Notes under the pieces: model-generated | Database searches by the model: none | Told to the model about the DNA's origin: nothing | The model's input: the letters and a program-made list of their open reading frames with translations, nothing else | From: Lachnospiraceae bacterium UBA1729 | Lineage (GTDB): Bacteria > Bacillota > Clostridia > Lachnospirales > Lachnospiraceae | Assembly (NCBI GenBank): GCA_002315945.1 | Contig: DCIJ01000078.1 | Coordinates: forward strand, 1,884-65,883 | Length of the DNA: 64,000 nt | Direction: 5' to 3' | Part shown: positions 1 to 9,437 of the stretch, piece after piece | Layout: each line of letters begins with the position of its first letter | Numbering within the stretch: position 1 is the first letter of the stretch | Made by a program: the position numbers and the translations under genes

Positions 1-64
1 GGAACCCCGTCCCCCGGGTTCAAAAAAATGAACCTAGAACCCCGTCCCCCGGGTTCAACCCCGT
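1..64. repeat. REP/MITE-like intergenic repeat, family 1 (core GAACCCCGTCCCCC); two full units plus a partial third
   Basis: The 21-nt unit GAACCCCGTCCCCCGGGTTCA occurs at 2-22 and 37-57. Each unit is self-complementary (GAACCC..GGGTTC). The same core recurs near 11938, 12966, 15857 and 22630. Confidence 0.85.
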
Positions 65-1191
65 TTCTCGGGTTTAAATTTGTTGGCAGGATCACTTGAT
101 AGCCACTGTCTACCGTGAGCTGATCCCCATAATTCATCAAAGTTTATCTCATTTACAAAGCGCTCAACATATGATCTGAATTCTCTTCTGTCACCCTTTG
201 TCTTATCAGAATTAAAATGTGCAGCAAAATCTCTAAAATATGTATTATTCTGAAATGCTGAAATCTGCCAGAGATCTCTTGCATATCCCCACAGATTTGG
301 ATAATCAACCAGTCTGTGTTTTGTGGGTCCAAAATTCTGTGCATATGCAATATCCAGGCGCGCAAGTGTAACATATAATCTAACATCCGAATCAGTTACA
401 TAATCGCCAAACAGAAATCTCTTATCTGCCAGTCTGTTTTCAAGAATATCCATGGCTGCATAAAAATTATCATATGCATTCTGATATGCTCTAAGGCTCT
501 GAGCAAACTGGATTTTATACACTCCGTTATTAATATTATGGAAAAGCCAGTCATTTAGTTTATCAATTTCCTCGCGTAATTCCTCTGGATACAGGTCAGG
601 CGCCCCTGCCTTATGAAATGGCTTAAATTCCACCTCAAAATAGTTAGTGAGCCTGTGATAATCATTATTAACCACTTTTCCTGTTTCTATATCAATAAGT
701 GATGGAACTGTAGCCCTTCCAGCAAATCCAGGGATACTCTTTACATAGTGCTCAGCGAGAAATCTCGTTCCCAAAACTGGATCTCTGTGCTGCTCGTTGT
801 ATACAAATTCCCATCCGTATCCAATATCGTCTGATGAAAAACTAACCAGGTTTACACTGATAGCATCCTGAAGACCTAATAGCTCCCTTACAATAGAAGC
901 TCTGTTTGACCAGTTGCATCCCTTGGCCCATACTAATCTGTACTTTCCAGCTGCTACAGGATTCAATCCCTCAGTCTCACCAAATCCAGTAGTAAACAAG
1001 TTCTGTTGTCTGATAAAATTACCATTCGCATCTACTTCAGAATTCTGAATATTGGGTCTGGGACTAATATCCTTAACATCCTCAGCTGTAACTGGTACAA
1101 AATCAGTAGGTTCCGGATATTTTCCATCAGTTACAGATTTAAAATTTCTTGGCTCCGACTCAACCGGTGCCCCTACAAAACAGCATGACAT
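55..1191 (-). CDS. Xi-class glutathione S-transferase-like / glutathionyl-hydroquinone reductase family protein (YqjG/ECM4-like), paralog 1
   Basis: 378-aa ORF. WAKGCNWSNRASIVRELLGL matches the catalytic-Cys loop (CPWAHR in YqjG), followed by a GST-like C-terminal helical region. It is a clear paralog of 5621-6766. RBS GGAGGA lies upstream of the ATG. Confidence 0.75.
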   Translation of the reverse strand: MSCCFVGAPVESEPRNFKSVTDGKYPEPTDFVPVTAEDVKDISPRPNIQNSEVDANGNFIRQQNLFTTGFGETEGLNPVAAGKYRLVWAKGCNWSNRASIVRELLGLQDAISVNLVSFSSDDIGYGWEFVYNEQHRDPVLGTRFLAEHYVKSIPGFAGRATVPSLIDIETGKVVNNDYHRLTNYFEVEFKPFHKAGAPDLYPEELREEIDKLNDWLFHNINNGVYKIQFAQSLRAYQNAYDNFYAAMDILENRLADKRFLFGDYVTDSDVRLYVTLARLDIAYAQNFGPTKHRLVDYPNLWGYARDLWQISAFQNNTYFRDFAAHFNSDKTKGDRREFRSYVERFVNEINFDELWGSAHGRQWLSSDPANKFKPEKRG

Positions 1192-1224
1192 ATCTTTATC
1201 CTCCTACTACCATCTAATTTCAAA

Positions 1225-1261
1225 AATTCAAAACGACCATTAAATAATTCAAAACAACCAT
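1225..1261 (-). promoter_or_regulatory. Pair of 16-nt direct repeats (putative operator) upstream of GST-like paralog 1
   Basis: On the minus strand, ATGGTTGTTTTGAATT and ATGGTCGTTTTGAATT start 21 nt apart, in the 80-nt gap between the M20 stop and the GST start. Confidence 0.4.
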
Positions 1262-1271
1262 TATGTCGCTT

Positions 1272-2372
1272 TTATCTCGTAATTAACTCTTCAACCAATC
1301 TGGCTCCCTTTTCAAGATTTTCTATGGTTACATATTCTTCTGTAGAGTGGACATTCTCCATTCCACAGGATACTACGATTCCTTTTATTCCATGTGCATT
1401 AAACTGATGATTGTCGGCACCCCCCAGGGTTTGTGTAACAATGGGGTTGATTCCAAGATGCACACAGCCTTCCTTAAATCTTCTTATTACGGCTTCGTCC
1501 TCATCCACTTCATAGGCTTTAAAATGGATCTCATAGGAAAAATCAACTTTTGCCCCAGTCTCTCCTGTCGCATTTTCAAATCCCATAATTATCTGACTCA
1601 ATAATTCCAAGGCCTTTGAATGACTAAAGCTTCTGATTTCTCCAGCTACTGTACAGGCTTCTGAGACAATATTTGTGGCTTTTCCACCTGATATTGTACC
1701 TATGTTCACTGTTGATTCCTCATCAACCCGCCCCTGCTTAATGTTAGAAATTGCATAGGCTGCTGCCTGGATTGCATTTATCCCATCTTCGGGAGCAAAA
1801 CCGGCATGAGATGCTTTTCCCGTAATCTTAGCGTTAAATGAAATTAACGAAGGCGCCCTTCTGGCAGCTGTGCCCACATCCCCGCTCAAATCAAAGCAGT
1901 AGGCTTCTTTGGCCTTGATTTTTCCATAATCAAATGCCTGCGCACCCTTTGTATAAACTTCCTCTGCCACAGTAAAAAGTATCTCAACTGTCCGGTGAGT
2001 TTTCCCACTTTCCTTAACTCTTCTGATACCCTCGATAATTTCAACCACGCCGGCAATATCATCTGCGCCAAGAACTGTGGTTTTATCACTGAATATTACC
2101 TGGTCTCTGACAACAGGTTTCTTGCCTGTACCCGGACCAACTGTATCCAGATGTGCTGATAATAATATGGGGGGCCTTGAGGCATCTCCTTCAAACACAC
2201 CATATAGATTACCTGCATTCCCACCAATAGTGTTTGCCACATTATCCTCAACTGCTTCAATACCGATTTCATTAAGCAGCTTTACTACCTGGTCAGCTAC
2301 CTGGCGTTCTTGATAGCTTTCTGCATCAATACTTGTAAGACTGAGAAAATCCTCAACAATTCTTTCACTCAT
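1272..2372 (-). CDS. M20/M25/M40 family metallohydrolase (peptidase T-like / amidohydrolase)
   Basis: 366 aa. Motifs SAHLDTV, GADDIAG and TVAEE are typical M20 metal-binding motifs. It overlaps the upstream GNAT gene by 4 nt. Confidence 0.8.
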   Translation of the reverse strand: MSERIVEDFLSLTSIDAESYQERQVADQVVKLLNEIGIEAVEDNVANTIGGNAGNLYGVFEGDASRPPILLSAHLDTVGPGTGKKPVVRDQVIFSDKTTVLGADDIAGVVEIIEGIRRVKESGKTHRTVEILFTVAEEVYTKGAQAFDYGKIKAKEAYCFDLSGDVGTAARRAPSLISFNAKITGKASHAGFAPEDGINAIQAAAYAISNIKQGRVDEESTVNIGTISGGKATNIVSEACTVAGEIRSFSHSKALELLSQIIMGFENATGETGAKVDFSYEIHFKAYEVDEDEAVIRRFKEGCVHLGINPIVTQTLGGADNHQFNAHGIKGIVVSCGMENVHSTEEYVTIENLEKGARLVEELITR

Positions 2373-3361
2373 AATGTTTCATCCACAAATCTGTAACCTG
2401 CCGGTAAAATAAATCCTTTTGCAATTTCAGGTGGCATATCAGGATGTGCAGGATACAACAGTGCAGTCTTGTTTCTTCTAAAGCCCCTGCGATTATAAAA
2501 TCCCACTCCACCAGGATGGGTATTCAAAAAAATATTCTGCCCCTTCATCTGTTCAGCAAGTTTTGTAACAATATTCCATCCCAGATGAATGCCCTGGTAT
2601 CCGGGATCAATTGCCACATTCAGGATAAAGCCCTGGGTTTTACAATCCGACACTGCTCTTGCGCAGCCTATCAGTTTATCTTTATCAAATGCAAATTCAT
2701 AATACTGACTGTTTTCAAATGCCCCTCTTGTAACATTGATGTCCCGCTCATGCCCTCCAAAGGCAACCGACAGTATCTCATTTACCCTGTTATAGTCCAC
2801 ATTTATGGCACTATCAGTATATTTCACATCTTCGGCTGATATTGTCGCCTTGCTTTTTATCCCCTGGGGAAAATCCCCCACTACCGGATAAAATTCATTC
2901 TCGTATCTATATCCAAGTGGTAAAAAGTAAGTACTGTTACTAATACTGTCATCCAGTTCTGAGTCATCAGTTCCTGAGTAGGTAAAAGCATTTTTGGATC
3001 TGAAAAATCCCTGACCTTCAAAGACTGATATGGTTTCAGGACTTGTATATGCAAATATTTCATGCCCCTTAAACCTGTCTGTGACTTTATTTATCAGTGT
3101 TTCCCCTATGCCCTGATTTTCATATTCAGGAAAAATCCCATAGTCTGATATCAGTGTCCATTCATACTCATCCGACAATACTCTGATAAATGCTACAAGC
3201 TTTTCATCATCATATGCCCCCAAAACATAAGTACTATTGCCAATCAGACTCTTAACGGCCTCCTCATCAAATGACTTTTTTACCGAAGCCTGCGCCTCTA
3301 AAAAAGTACGTACCTGTGAGTAATCAGTATTCTCTTTTCCTTCCTTATATATAATATTCAT
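2369..3361 (-). CDS. GNAT family N-acetyltransferase (tandem GNAT domains)
   Basis: 330 aa with two acetyl-CoA binding-like segments (NQGIGETLINKV and YQGIHLGWNIVTKL). Confidence 0.7.
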   Translation of the reverse strand: MNIIYKEGKENTDYSQVRTFLEAQASVKKSFDEEAVKSLIGNSTYVLGAYDDEKLVAFIRVLSDEYEWTLISDYGIFPEYENQGIGETLINKVTDRFKGHEIFAYTSPETISVFEGQGFFRSKNAFTYSGTDDSELDDSISNSTYFLPLGYRYENEFYPVVGDFPQGIKSKATISAEDVKYTDSAINVDYNRVNEILSVAFGGHERDINVTRGAFENSQYYEFAFDKDKLIGCARAVSDCKTQGFILNVAIDPGYQGIHLGWNIVTKLAEQMKGQNIFLNTHPGGVGFYNRRGFRRNKTALLYPAHPDMPPEIAKGFILPAGYRFVDETL

Positions 3362-3405
3362 GGTTCCTAAACACTCTTCCTACCCTGAGCTCAATAACTT
3401 GCGTA

Positions 3406-4557
3406 TTATAATTTTGCATTATTTAGGGCCTGGTTCAGATCCTCAATAAGATCCTCTACATCTTCAATTCCGGGAGATACCCGGATAGTTCTCTCATATA
3501 TGCCAAGCTCCTTCTGAAAATCTGGTGAGAGGCTTCTATGAGAAGATGTGGCAGGATGTCCAATCAGTGACTCTACTCCTCCCAGGCTTGCTCCGTGAGT
3601 AAATATCTTTACCCCATCCAGGAATTTGGCCGGGCAGTATTCATCAGTTAATTCGAAAGCAATCATTGCCCCACCATTTTTTGCCTGAGATTTTTGTATT
3701 GCATATCCTGGATCAGATTTGAGTCCTGGATAGTGAACTGCCTTTACTGCCGGATGTCCCACAAGGAATTCAGCTATTTTTTCTGTATTTGCTACCTGTC
3801 TGTCCAGTCTGACTCCCAGGGTTTTAATGCTTCTGATTAGCAGATATGCATCAAAGGGCTGAATAATCCCACCTAACACCGCCTGAATCTTGTGGAGTCT
3901 TTCAGCTAACTGCTGGTCATTCACTGCCACGATTCCGGCTATGATATCACTATGTCCACCAAGATATTTTGTAGCACTTTCCACTACAATATCGACTCCA
4001 AGTTCAAGTGGCCTCTGGAGATATGGTGACATGAAGGTATTATCAAGAATGGTCAGGATATTGTGTCTCTTCGCAATAGCTACCACTGCTCTAATGTCTG
4101 TTACCTTTAATGTCGGATTGGCAGGGGTTTCAAAGAAAATGCCCTTCACATTGTCTGTGATTTTACCTTCAAGCTCTTCCAGACTGTCTGAATTGACTAT
4201 CTCATACTCAATTCCAAATCTTGAGAAAACATCCTTTAATACATCGTATGTTCCTCCATAGATAGCTCCTGAAACCAGAATCTTATCTCCATTATTAAAA
4301 AGACTGAAAGCTGCTGATGATGCAGCCATTCCGGATGCAAAGGCAAATGAAGCCTTTCCTCCTTCCAGTTTTGCAATAAGGGTTTCAAGAGCCTCTCTGG
4401 TAGGATTATTTCCACGGGCATATCCATACCCACTGTGGTCTTCAAAGCTTTTCTGAATAAAAGTCGATGTCAGATATACTGGAACATTGACCTCTCTCGC
4501 CTCAGTAATTTTATCATTAGCACCATGTATTAGTTGTGTATCGACTCTTTCACTCAT
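3406..4557 (-). CDS. Cys/Met-metabolism PLP-dependent enzyme (cystathionine beta/gamma-lyase or gamma-synthase family)
   Basis: 383 aa. NPTREALE, the SATKYLGGHSD PLP-lysine motif and SLGGVESL are typical of the trans-sulfuration family. Confidence 0.85.
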   Translation of the reverse strand: MSERVDTQLIHGANDKITEAREVNVPVYLTSTFIQKSFEDHSGYGYARGNNPTREALETLIAKLEGGKASFAFASGMAASSAAFSLFNNGDKILVSGAIYGGTYDVLKDVFSRFGIEYEIVNSDSLEELEGKITDNVKGIFFETPANPTLKVTDIRAVVAIAKRHNILTILDNTFMSPYLQRPLELGVDIVVESATKYLGGHSDIIAGIVAVNDQQLAERLHKIQAVLGGIIQPFDAYLLIRSIKTLGVRLDRQVANTEKIAEFLVGHPAVKAVHYPGLKSDPGYAIQKSQAKNGGAMIAFELTDEYCPAKFLDGVKIFTHGASLGGVESLIGHPATSSHRSLSPDFQKELGIYERTIRVSPGIEDVEDLIEDLNQALNNAKL

Positions 4558-4598
4558 AATATCGTCTCCCCCAAAATGCTTTGTTTTAAATATTTGTA

Positions 4599-5450
4599 TT
4601 ATTTTTTAACGCTTAGCGCATCAAGTGCAGGTGAATAATCACCGCCAAAGAATTCTTCATTAATCTTTTTTGAAGTACCATCAGCTATTACTTCATACAG
4701 TGCTTTGTTGATATCCTCAACAAGCTGTTCATTACCCTTTGATACTACAAAGAAGCTGTAATTTCCTTCGATATCATCGCTAAGAACGATTTTAGCTGTT
4801 GGAAGATCATATCCAAACTCAGGCACGTAGTAACCAAAATACATAGGTGCATCAATGATGGTAAAATCAGCTGCTCCTGATTGAACCTGATCAATCTGAA
4901 TGTTGAGATCCGCATCTGTATAAGTAATAGAAATTGCTTCATCAGGATGGGCTTCATTAAAGTTTTCAACTGCAGAAGTATATGTGATTGCTGTTGCACC
5001 AATATATGTAAGTCCTGCAAGGTCCTCAATATTTACCTCGTCTCCAAGAGCAATATTTGAATTGGCAACTACAATGAATTCATTTTCAAACATGGGATCT
5101 GTAAATAAGTATTTTTCCTGTCTCTCTGCATTTTTGCTGAGGTTGTTAACTCCCAACTGATACTTATCAGAATCAAGACCAGCAAATATTGAAGGGAAAT
5201 CTGTTACCTCCCACTCCAGCTCATACTGTGGAAGTCTGTCAAACACTGCTTCAATAAGCTTAATATTATGTCCTGTAAGATTATTGTCATCACCGTAAAA
5301 AGCAAAAGGTCTTGGCATAGCTGCTGTAACAGCATGAATTGTGACCACGTCACTTTCTTCCTTCTTTGCTCCACAGCCGGTAATCGTTCCAAGGATTAAT
5401 GCTCCCAATGCTGTAACTGCTACTAATTTTTTAAATAAATTTTTTTTCAT
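4599..5450 (-). CDS. Polar amino-acid (cystine-type) ABC transporter substrate-binding lipoprotein
   Basis: Signal peptide plus lipobox (LILGTITGCG). The start is placed at the ATG ending at 5450, which has GGAGGAGAAAG upstream. The ORF-track start at 5513 lacks an RBS. Confidence 0.8.
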   Translation of the reverse strand: MKKNLFKKLVAVTALGALILGTITGCGAKKEESDVVTIHAVTAAMPRPFAFYGDDNNLTGHNIKLIEAVFDRLPQYELEWEVTDFPSIFAGLDSDKYQLGVNNLSKNAERQEKYLFTDPMFENEFIVVANSNIALGDEVNIEDLAGLTYIGATAITYTSAVENFNEAHPDEAISITYTDADLNIQIDQVQSGAADFTIIDAPMYFGYYVPEFGYDLPTAKIVLSDDIEGNYSFFVVSKGNEQLVEDINKALYEVIADGTSKKINEEFFGGDYSPALDALSVKK

Positions 5451-5536
5451 ATCTTTCTCCTCCATCTTTCTCCTACCTTTTCGATAGGTTTTATCATAGT
5501 TGTATCTTATCACAGGTTTTCTTGTTAGAAAAATAC
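5451..5536 (-). promoter_or_regulatory. Promoter and leader module (copy 1), near-duplicate of 9245-9362
   Basis: On the minus strand: GTATTTTTCTAAC..TGTGATAAGATACA (extended -10, TAAGAT at 5504-5509)..AAAACCTATcgaaAAGGTAGG. The same ordered blocks occur upstream of cysK. Confidence 0.6.
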
Positions 5537-5581
5537 AAAAAAAATAGGACTGGCTATAAATTTTATTTATAGCAGCCCTAT
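5537..5581 (-). terminator. Rho-independent terminator after GST-like paralog 2
   Basis: Minus-strand hairpin TAGGGCTGCTATAAAT/ATTTATAGCCAGTCCTA followed by T8. Confidence 0.75.
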
Positions 5582-5620
5582 CCCCTCACGCTTCGCCAGC
5601 GTCCTTATGGTATGTACCTA

Positions 5621-6766
5621 TTATTTAACTGTATTCCAGTCAAACTGACTGATTTTTGAATAATACTGTTCAGGGGTCTCTCCCGCTGGATGTCTTAAGA
5701 ATTTTTCATCCGGAGTACGGCTCAAAAGCTTACGGTTTTGAGGCGCAGACCATATTGCTTCATAATCAATTTCATCAACAAATCTTGCATTGTATGAATT
5801 GAAGATTCCAGGTTTTTTCCTTTCACGTGAAAAATCACGGAAATATGTATTATTTTTAAACGCAGGAATTTCATAGAGATCTCTTGCATATGCCCAGATA
5901 TTTTTATGATCAATCATTCTCTTTTCAAGAGGCCCTAAGTTTCTGTAATAATATGAATCCCATCTTGCAAGTGTAACGTAAAATCTGATATCAGCATCAG
6001 TTACATAGTCACCAAAAAGGAATCTGTTAGTTTCAAGTCGTTTGTCAAGCTTGGCCATGGCAGAAAAGAAATCTTCATATGCTTCATTATATGCCACCAG
6101 GCTCTGGCCGAAGGCCATTCTGTAATGGGCATTATTAATATTGGGGAAAAGCCAGTCGTTTAATCTGTCTATTTCCTCACGCAGTGCAACAGGGTATAAA
6201 TCCGGAGCATCCGCAGGCTGATACTTTCTGAAATAAACCTCTAAATAGTTGGTTAATCTGTGATAATCATTATTTACCACCTTGTTAGTTGATTTATCCA
6301 CAAGAGCAGGCACAGTAGCTCTTCCTCTGTATTCTGCATCAGCATTTAAATATGCTTCACTTAAAAATTTGAGACCTGTCTGGGCATCAGTTCTATCAGG
6401 CTGATCTGTAAATCCCCAGCCATAGATATTTTTGATTCCCGTATGGTCAACAATAGATACACTAATGGCATCCTCTAAGCCAAGAAGCTCTCTGACGATA
6501 GAAGCTCTGTTAGACCAGTGGCAAAGCTTTGCCCAGAATAAATGGTACTTTCCACTTTCAGCAACCAGCTCTCCCTCCTTGGTTCCAAAGGGGGTTGTAA
6601 ATCTGTTGGGCTGACGAATAAAAGCCCCCCTGTGATCTATCTCTTCCTTAATTTCCTGAGGACGTGGTAACACGCCTCTTTCCCTGGCATCTTTTTCAGC
6701 CAGTTCATCACTATATATTGTCTCCTGAATATCCTGTACATCAGGACTAAATCCACAGCATCCCAT
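5621..6766 (-). CDS. Xi-class GST-like / glutathionyl-hydroquinone reductase family protein, paralog 2
   Basis: 381 aa. WAKLCHWSNRASIVRELLGL is present and the protein is collinear with 55-1191. It begins MGCC, where the paralog begins MSCC. Confidence 0.75.
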   Translation of the reverse strand: MGCCGFSPDVQDIQETIYSDELAEKDARERGVLPRPQEIKEEIDHRGAFIRQPNRFTTPFGTKEGELVAESGKYHLFWAKLCHWSNRASIVRELLGLEDAISVSIVDHTGIKNIYGWGFTDQPDRTDAQTGLKFLSEAYLNADAEYRGRATVPALVDKSTNKVVNNDYHRLTNYLEVYFRKYQPADAPDLYPVALREEIDRLNDWLFPNINNAHYRMAFGQSLVAYNEAYEDFFSAMAKLDKRLETNRFLFGDYVTDADIRFYVTLARWDSYYYRNLGPLEKRMIDHKNIWAYARDLYEIPAFKNNTYFRDFSRERKKPGIFNSYNARFVDEIDYEAIWSAPQNRKLLSRTPDEKFLRHPAGETPEQYYSKISQFDWNTVK

Positions 6767-6812
6767 ATTTTGCCTCCATTCACTGCTATTATCATATTTT
6801 TCAACGCATTTT

Positions 6813-7580
6813 TTAAATCACATAGTTATCAGGGTCCTCGAGCATATTGATATTGCGTAAAAATGCTTTCAGGCGTTCATTGCTTGGATCCTCAAATATT
6901 TCCTTCGGAGTACCATCAGCAACTATTTTTCCGCTTTCCAGAAAAATAATTCTGCTGGCTACAGACTTTACGAAGTTCATTTCATGTGTAACTAACAGGA
7001 TTGTATTTCCCTCCTTGGCAGCACGTCTTACGGTAAGCAGAACCTCGTTTACAAGCTCCGGGTCCAGAGCAGACGTTGGCTCGTCCATTAGTAACAGCTC
7101 TGGATCCATCGCCAGAGCCCTGGCAATAGCAACTCTTTGCTGCTGTCCTCCTGATAGATGTTTTGGGAAATGGTACAGTCTGTCACTCATTCCAACCTTT
7201 TCAAGTTCCAGAAGCGCTCTCTTTTTTGCTTCTTCCTTAGGAATTTTCTTAACAACAGTAAGTCCTTCCATAACATTTTCCAAAGCATTTTTGTTTTTAA
7301 ACAAATTAAACTGCTGAAAAACCATTTCTGTGTGATGTCTTAATTCCAGTTTTTCCTTAGCAGATTTGGATGTAAGATTATAGGTATTTCCATTTATTGT
7401 AATTTCGCCCTTTTCCGGTTTTTCTAACAGATTCAGGCATCTGAGAAGTGTTGATTTTCCAGTACCGGAAGGGCCGATAATTGCAACAACCTCCCCTTTT
7501 TCAATCTTTAGATCTACATTATCAAGGACCACATTGCTACCATATTTCTTACTTACTCCACGTATTTCTAACAGACTCAT
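6813..7580 (-). CDS. Polar amino-acid ABC transporter ATP-binding protein
   Basis: Walker A GPSGTGKST, signature LSGGQQQRVAIARA, Walker B LLLMDEPTSALD. Confidence 0.95.
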   Translation of the reverse strand: MSLLEIRGVSKKYGSNVVLDNVDLKIEKGEVVAIIGPSGTGKSTLLRCLNLLEKPEKGEITINGNTYNLTSKSAKEKLELRHHTEMVFQQFNLFKNKNALENVMEGLTVVKKIPKEEAKKRALLELEKVGMSDRLYHFPKHLSGGQQQRVAIARALAMDPELLLMDEPTSALDPELVNEVLLTVRRAAKEGNTILLVTHEMNFVKSVASRIIFLESGKIVADGTPKEIFEDPSNERLKAFLRNINMLEDPDNYVI

Positions 7581-8302
7581 GCCTCTACCACCTCCGGAGC
7601 TTCATCAGGAATACTGATTTTTTTCTCAATAAGCTTAAGTATTCTTTCAAAAATAAAAGTTATCACCCAGTATATGATTGCAAGTGAGCAGTACACTTCG
7701 AAATATCTGTAATTTTTACCTGCAAGAATCTTACCAGCTGCTGTAATTTCCACTACAGAACATGTAAATGCCAGGGATGTACCTTTTATCAGTGCAATTA
7801 GTGAGTTGCCCAGTGGAAGGAGGGCAACGGTTGAAGCCTGGGGGATAATCACCCTTTTTAGCACCTGCCATCCAGACATTCCCATTGATTTTGCAGCTTC
7901 AAGCTGCCCCTTATCTACAGATAAAATTGCTGATCTGATTGTCTCGGAATCAAATGCTGACTGGTTTAGTCCCAAGGCCACCATAGCAAATACGATTCCT
8001 GGAATTCCATTGATATCATAATCTGTCCCGTAATAGTAATTGATATATTTAAGAGCTATGGGAATTCCAAAGTATGTGATATATAACTGCACAATTATTG
8101 GTGTACCACGCATGATTGATACAAAAGCTACTGCCAGCTGACTAAGTACCGGGATCTTATTAATTCTGATCACTGCGATGATTAATCCCAGGACCAGTCC
8201 TATAAATAGTGCTATCAGTGTTAAAAATAGTGTTGTAGGCAGATATTTGAGCAAATCCGGTATTGCCGTAAATACCAATGCTCCATCAAATAATTTTGCC
8301 AT
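7577..8302 (-). CDS. Polar amino-acid ABC transporter permease
   Basis: 241-aa multi-TM protein in the His/Glu/Gln/Arg-opine permease style. It overlaps the ATPase gene by 4 nt. Confidence 0.9.
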   Translation of the reverse strand: MAKLFDGALVFTAIPDLLKYLPTTLFLTLIALFIGLVLGLIIAVIRINKIPVLSQLAVAFVSIMRGTPIIVQLYITYFGIPIALKYINYYYGTDYDINGIPGIVFAMVALGLNQSAFDSETIRSAILSVDKGQLEAAKSMGMSGWQVLKRVIIPQASTVALLPLGNSLIALIKGTSLAFTCSVVEITAAGKILAGKNYRYFEVYCSLAIIYWVITFIFERILKLIEKKISIPDEAPEVVEA

Positions 8303-8314
8303 GATTAACCTCTC

Positions 8315-9244
8315 TTATTCATATAAGTCGCCTGACAGATAATGATCACCATTATCAGCAAAGATAACTACAATATTTTTTCCTTTGTTCTCTACTCTCT
8401 TTGCCACCTGGGTAGCTGCATGTAGTGCTGCTCCGGCTGAAATACCAATGGAAAAGCCTTCAATCTTTGGAAGTTCTCTTGCAGCTTTGTAAGCCTGCTC
8501 ATCTGTCACATCAATGACCTCATTAAAGAGACTTACATCTGTAACTGGAGGAATTGCGCCTCCACCGATACCCTGAATCTTATGAGGTCCCGGCTCTCCA
8601 CCATTTAGTACTGCACTTCCGGTTGGCTCAACTGCAATTATCTGAACATCTGGATTCTTTTCACGCAGGAATTTTCCAACACCACTTATGGTTCCGCCTG
8701 TACCTGCTGCTGCCACAAAAATATCAACCTTACCATCCGTATCCTCCCATATTTCAGGACCTGTTGTCTTGTAGTGTGCACCAGGATTATTTGGATTGCC
8801 TCCCTGACCTATGACAACCGAATTCTCAGTCTGCTCTAAAAGCTCCTGTGCCTTGGCACCTGCACCTGCCATATTCAGCTCACCTGGAGTTAAGTAAAGT
8901 TCTGCGCCAAAGGATTTTAGAAGAGTTCTTCTTTCTATTGATACATTATCAGGCATAGCTATTTTTACCTTGTATCCAAGGGCTGCACCAATGGCTGCCA
9001 AACCTATTCCTGTGTTTCCACTTGTTCCTTCTATAATAGTGCCGCCCGGCTTGAGTTCGCCGCTTTCTTCTTTTGCACGGATTATGTTGTAAGCGATTCT
9101 ATCCTTTACGCTTCCGTTAGGATTGAAGTATTCAAGCTTTGCTAATAATTTTGCTTCCAGCTGTTCTTTTTTTTCATAATTTGTAAGTTCCACCAAAGGT
9201 GTCTTTCCTATTAACTCCAAAATACTCTGATAAATCTTTGCCAT
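8315..9244 (-). CDS. cysK: Cysteine synthase A (O-acetylserine sulfhydrylase)
   Basis: 309 aa. PLP lysine in NPNGSVKDR, GTSGNTGIGLA and the GTGGTISG loop. Confidence 0.92.
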   Translation of the reverse strand: MAKIYQSILELIGKTPLVELTNYEKKEQLEAKLLAKLEYFNPNGSVKDRIAYNIIRAKEESGELKPGGTIIEGTSGNTGIGLAAIGAALGYKVKIAMPDNVSIERRTLLKSFGAELYLTPGELNMAGAGAKAQELLEQTENSVVIGQGGNPNNPGAHYKTTGPEIWEDTDGKVDIFVAAAGTGGTISGVGKFLREKNPDVQIIAVEPTGSAVLNGGEPGPHKIQGIGGGAIPPVTDVSLFNEVIDVTDEQAYKAARELPKIEGFSIGISAGAALHAATQVAKRVENKGKNIVVIFADNGDHYLSGDLYE

Positions 9245-9362
9245 AATTTTTTCCTCCCTCTGTTAACATGATATTAATCTGCGTCTTTTTAACGCCTACC
9301 TTAGTAATAGGTTTTGTCTGTAAATGTATCTTATCATTACCATTCACGTTTGAATAATACGC
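9245..9362 (-). promoter_or_regulatory. Promoter and leader module (copy 2), near-duplicate of 5451-5536
   Basis: On the minus strand: GTATTATTCAAAC..ATGATAAGATACA (TAAGAT at 9328-9333)..AAAACCTATtactAAGGTAGG, then RBS GAGGGAGG. Confidence 0.6.
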
Positions 9363-9404
9363 AAAAAATAAGACTGGCTATAAATACAGCTTATACCCAG
9401 TCTT
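9363..9404 (-). terminator. Rho-independent terminator after the patB-like gene
   Basis: Minus-strand hairpin AAGACTGGGTATAAG..TTATAGCCAGTCTT followed by a T-run. The 3' arm (TTTATAGCCAGTC) resembles the terminator at 5537-5581. Confidence 0.75.
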
Positions 9405-9437
9405 TTGATATTTTTCTTCATTTACCATGAAACTATA

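Noticed and set aside
55-1191. The N-terminal Met-x-Cys-Cys of both GST-like proteins as a lipidation or signal motif.
   Set aside because: No signal peptide or lipobox precedes the cysteines, so there is no sequence support for lipidation. It is noted only as a shared oddity of the two paralogs.
9245-9437. A T-box or SAM riboswitch upstream of cysK, the ABC transporter genes or the metB-like gene (11829-11937).
   Set aside because: The leaders are only ~60-115 nt. I see no T-box sequence (AGGGTGGNACCGCG-like), no specifier hairpin and no SAM-I/SAM-II conserved cores. Promoter plus operator is the simpler reading.
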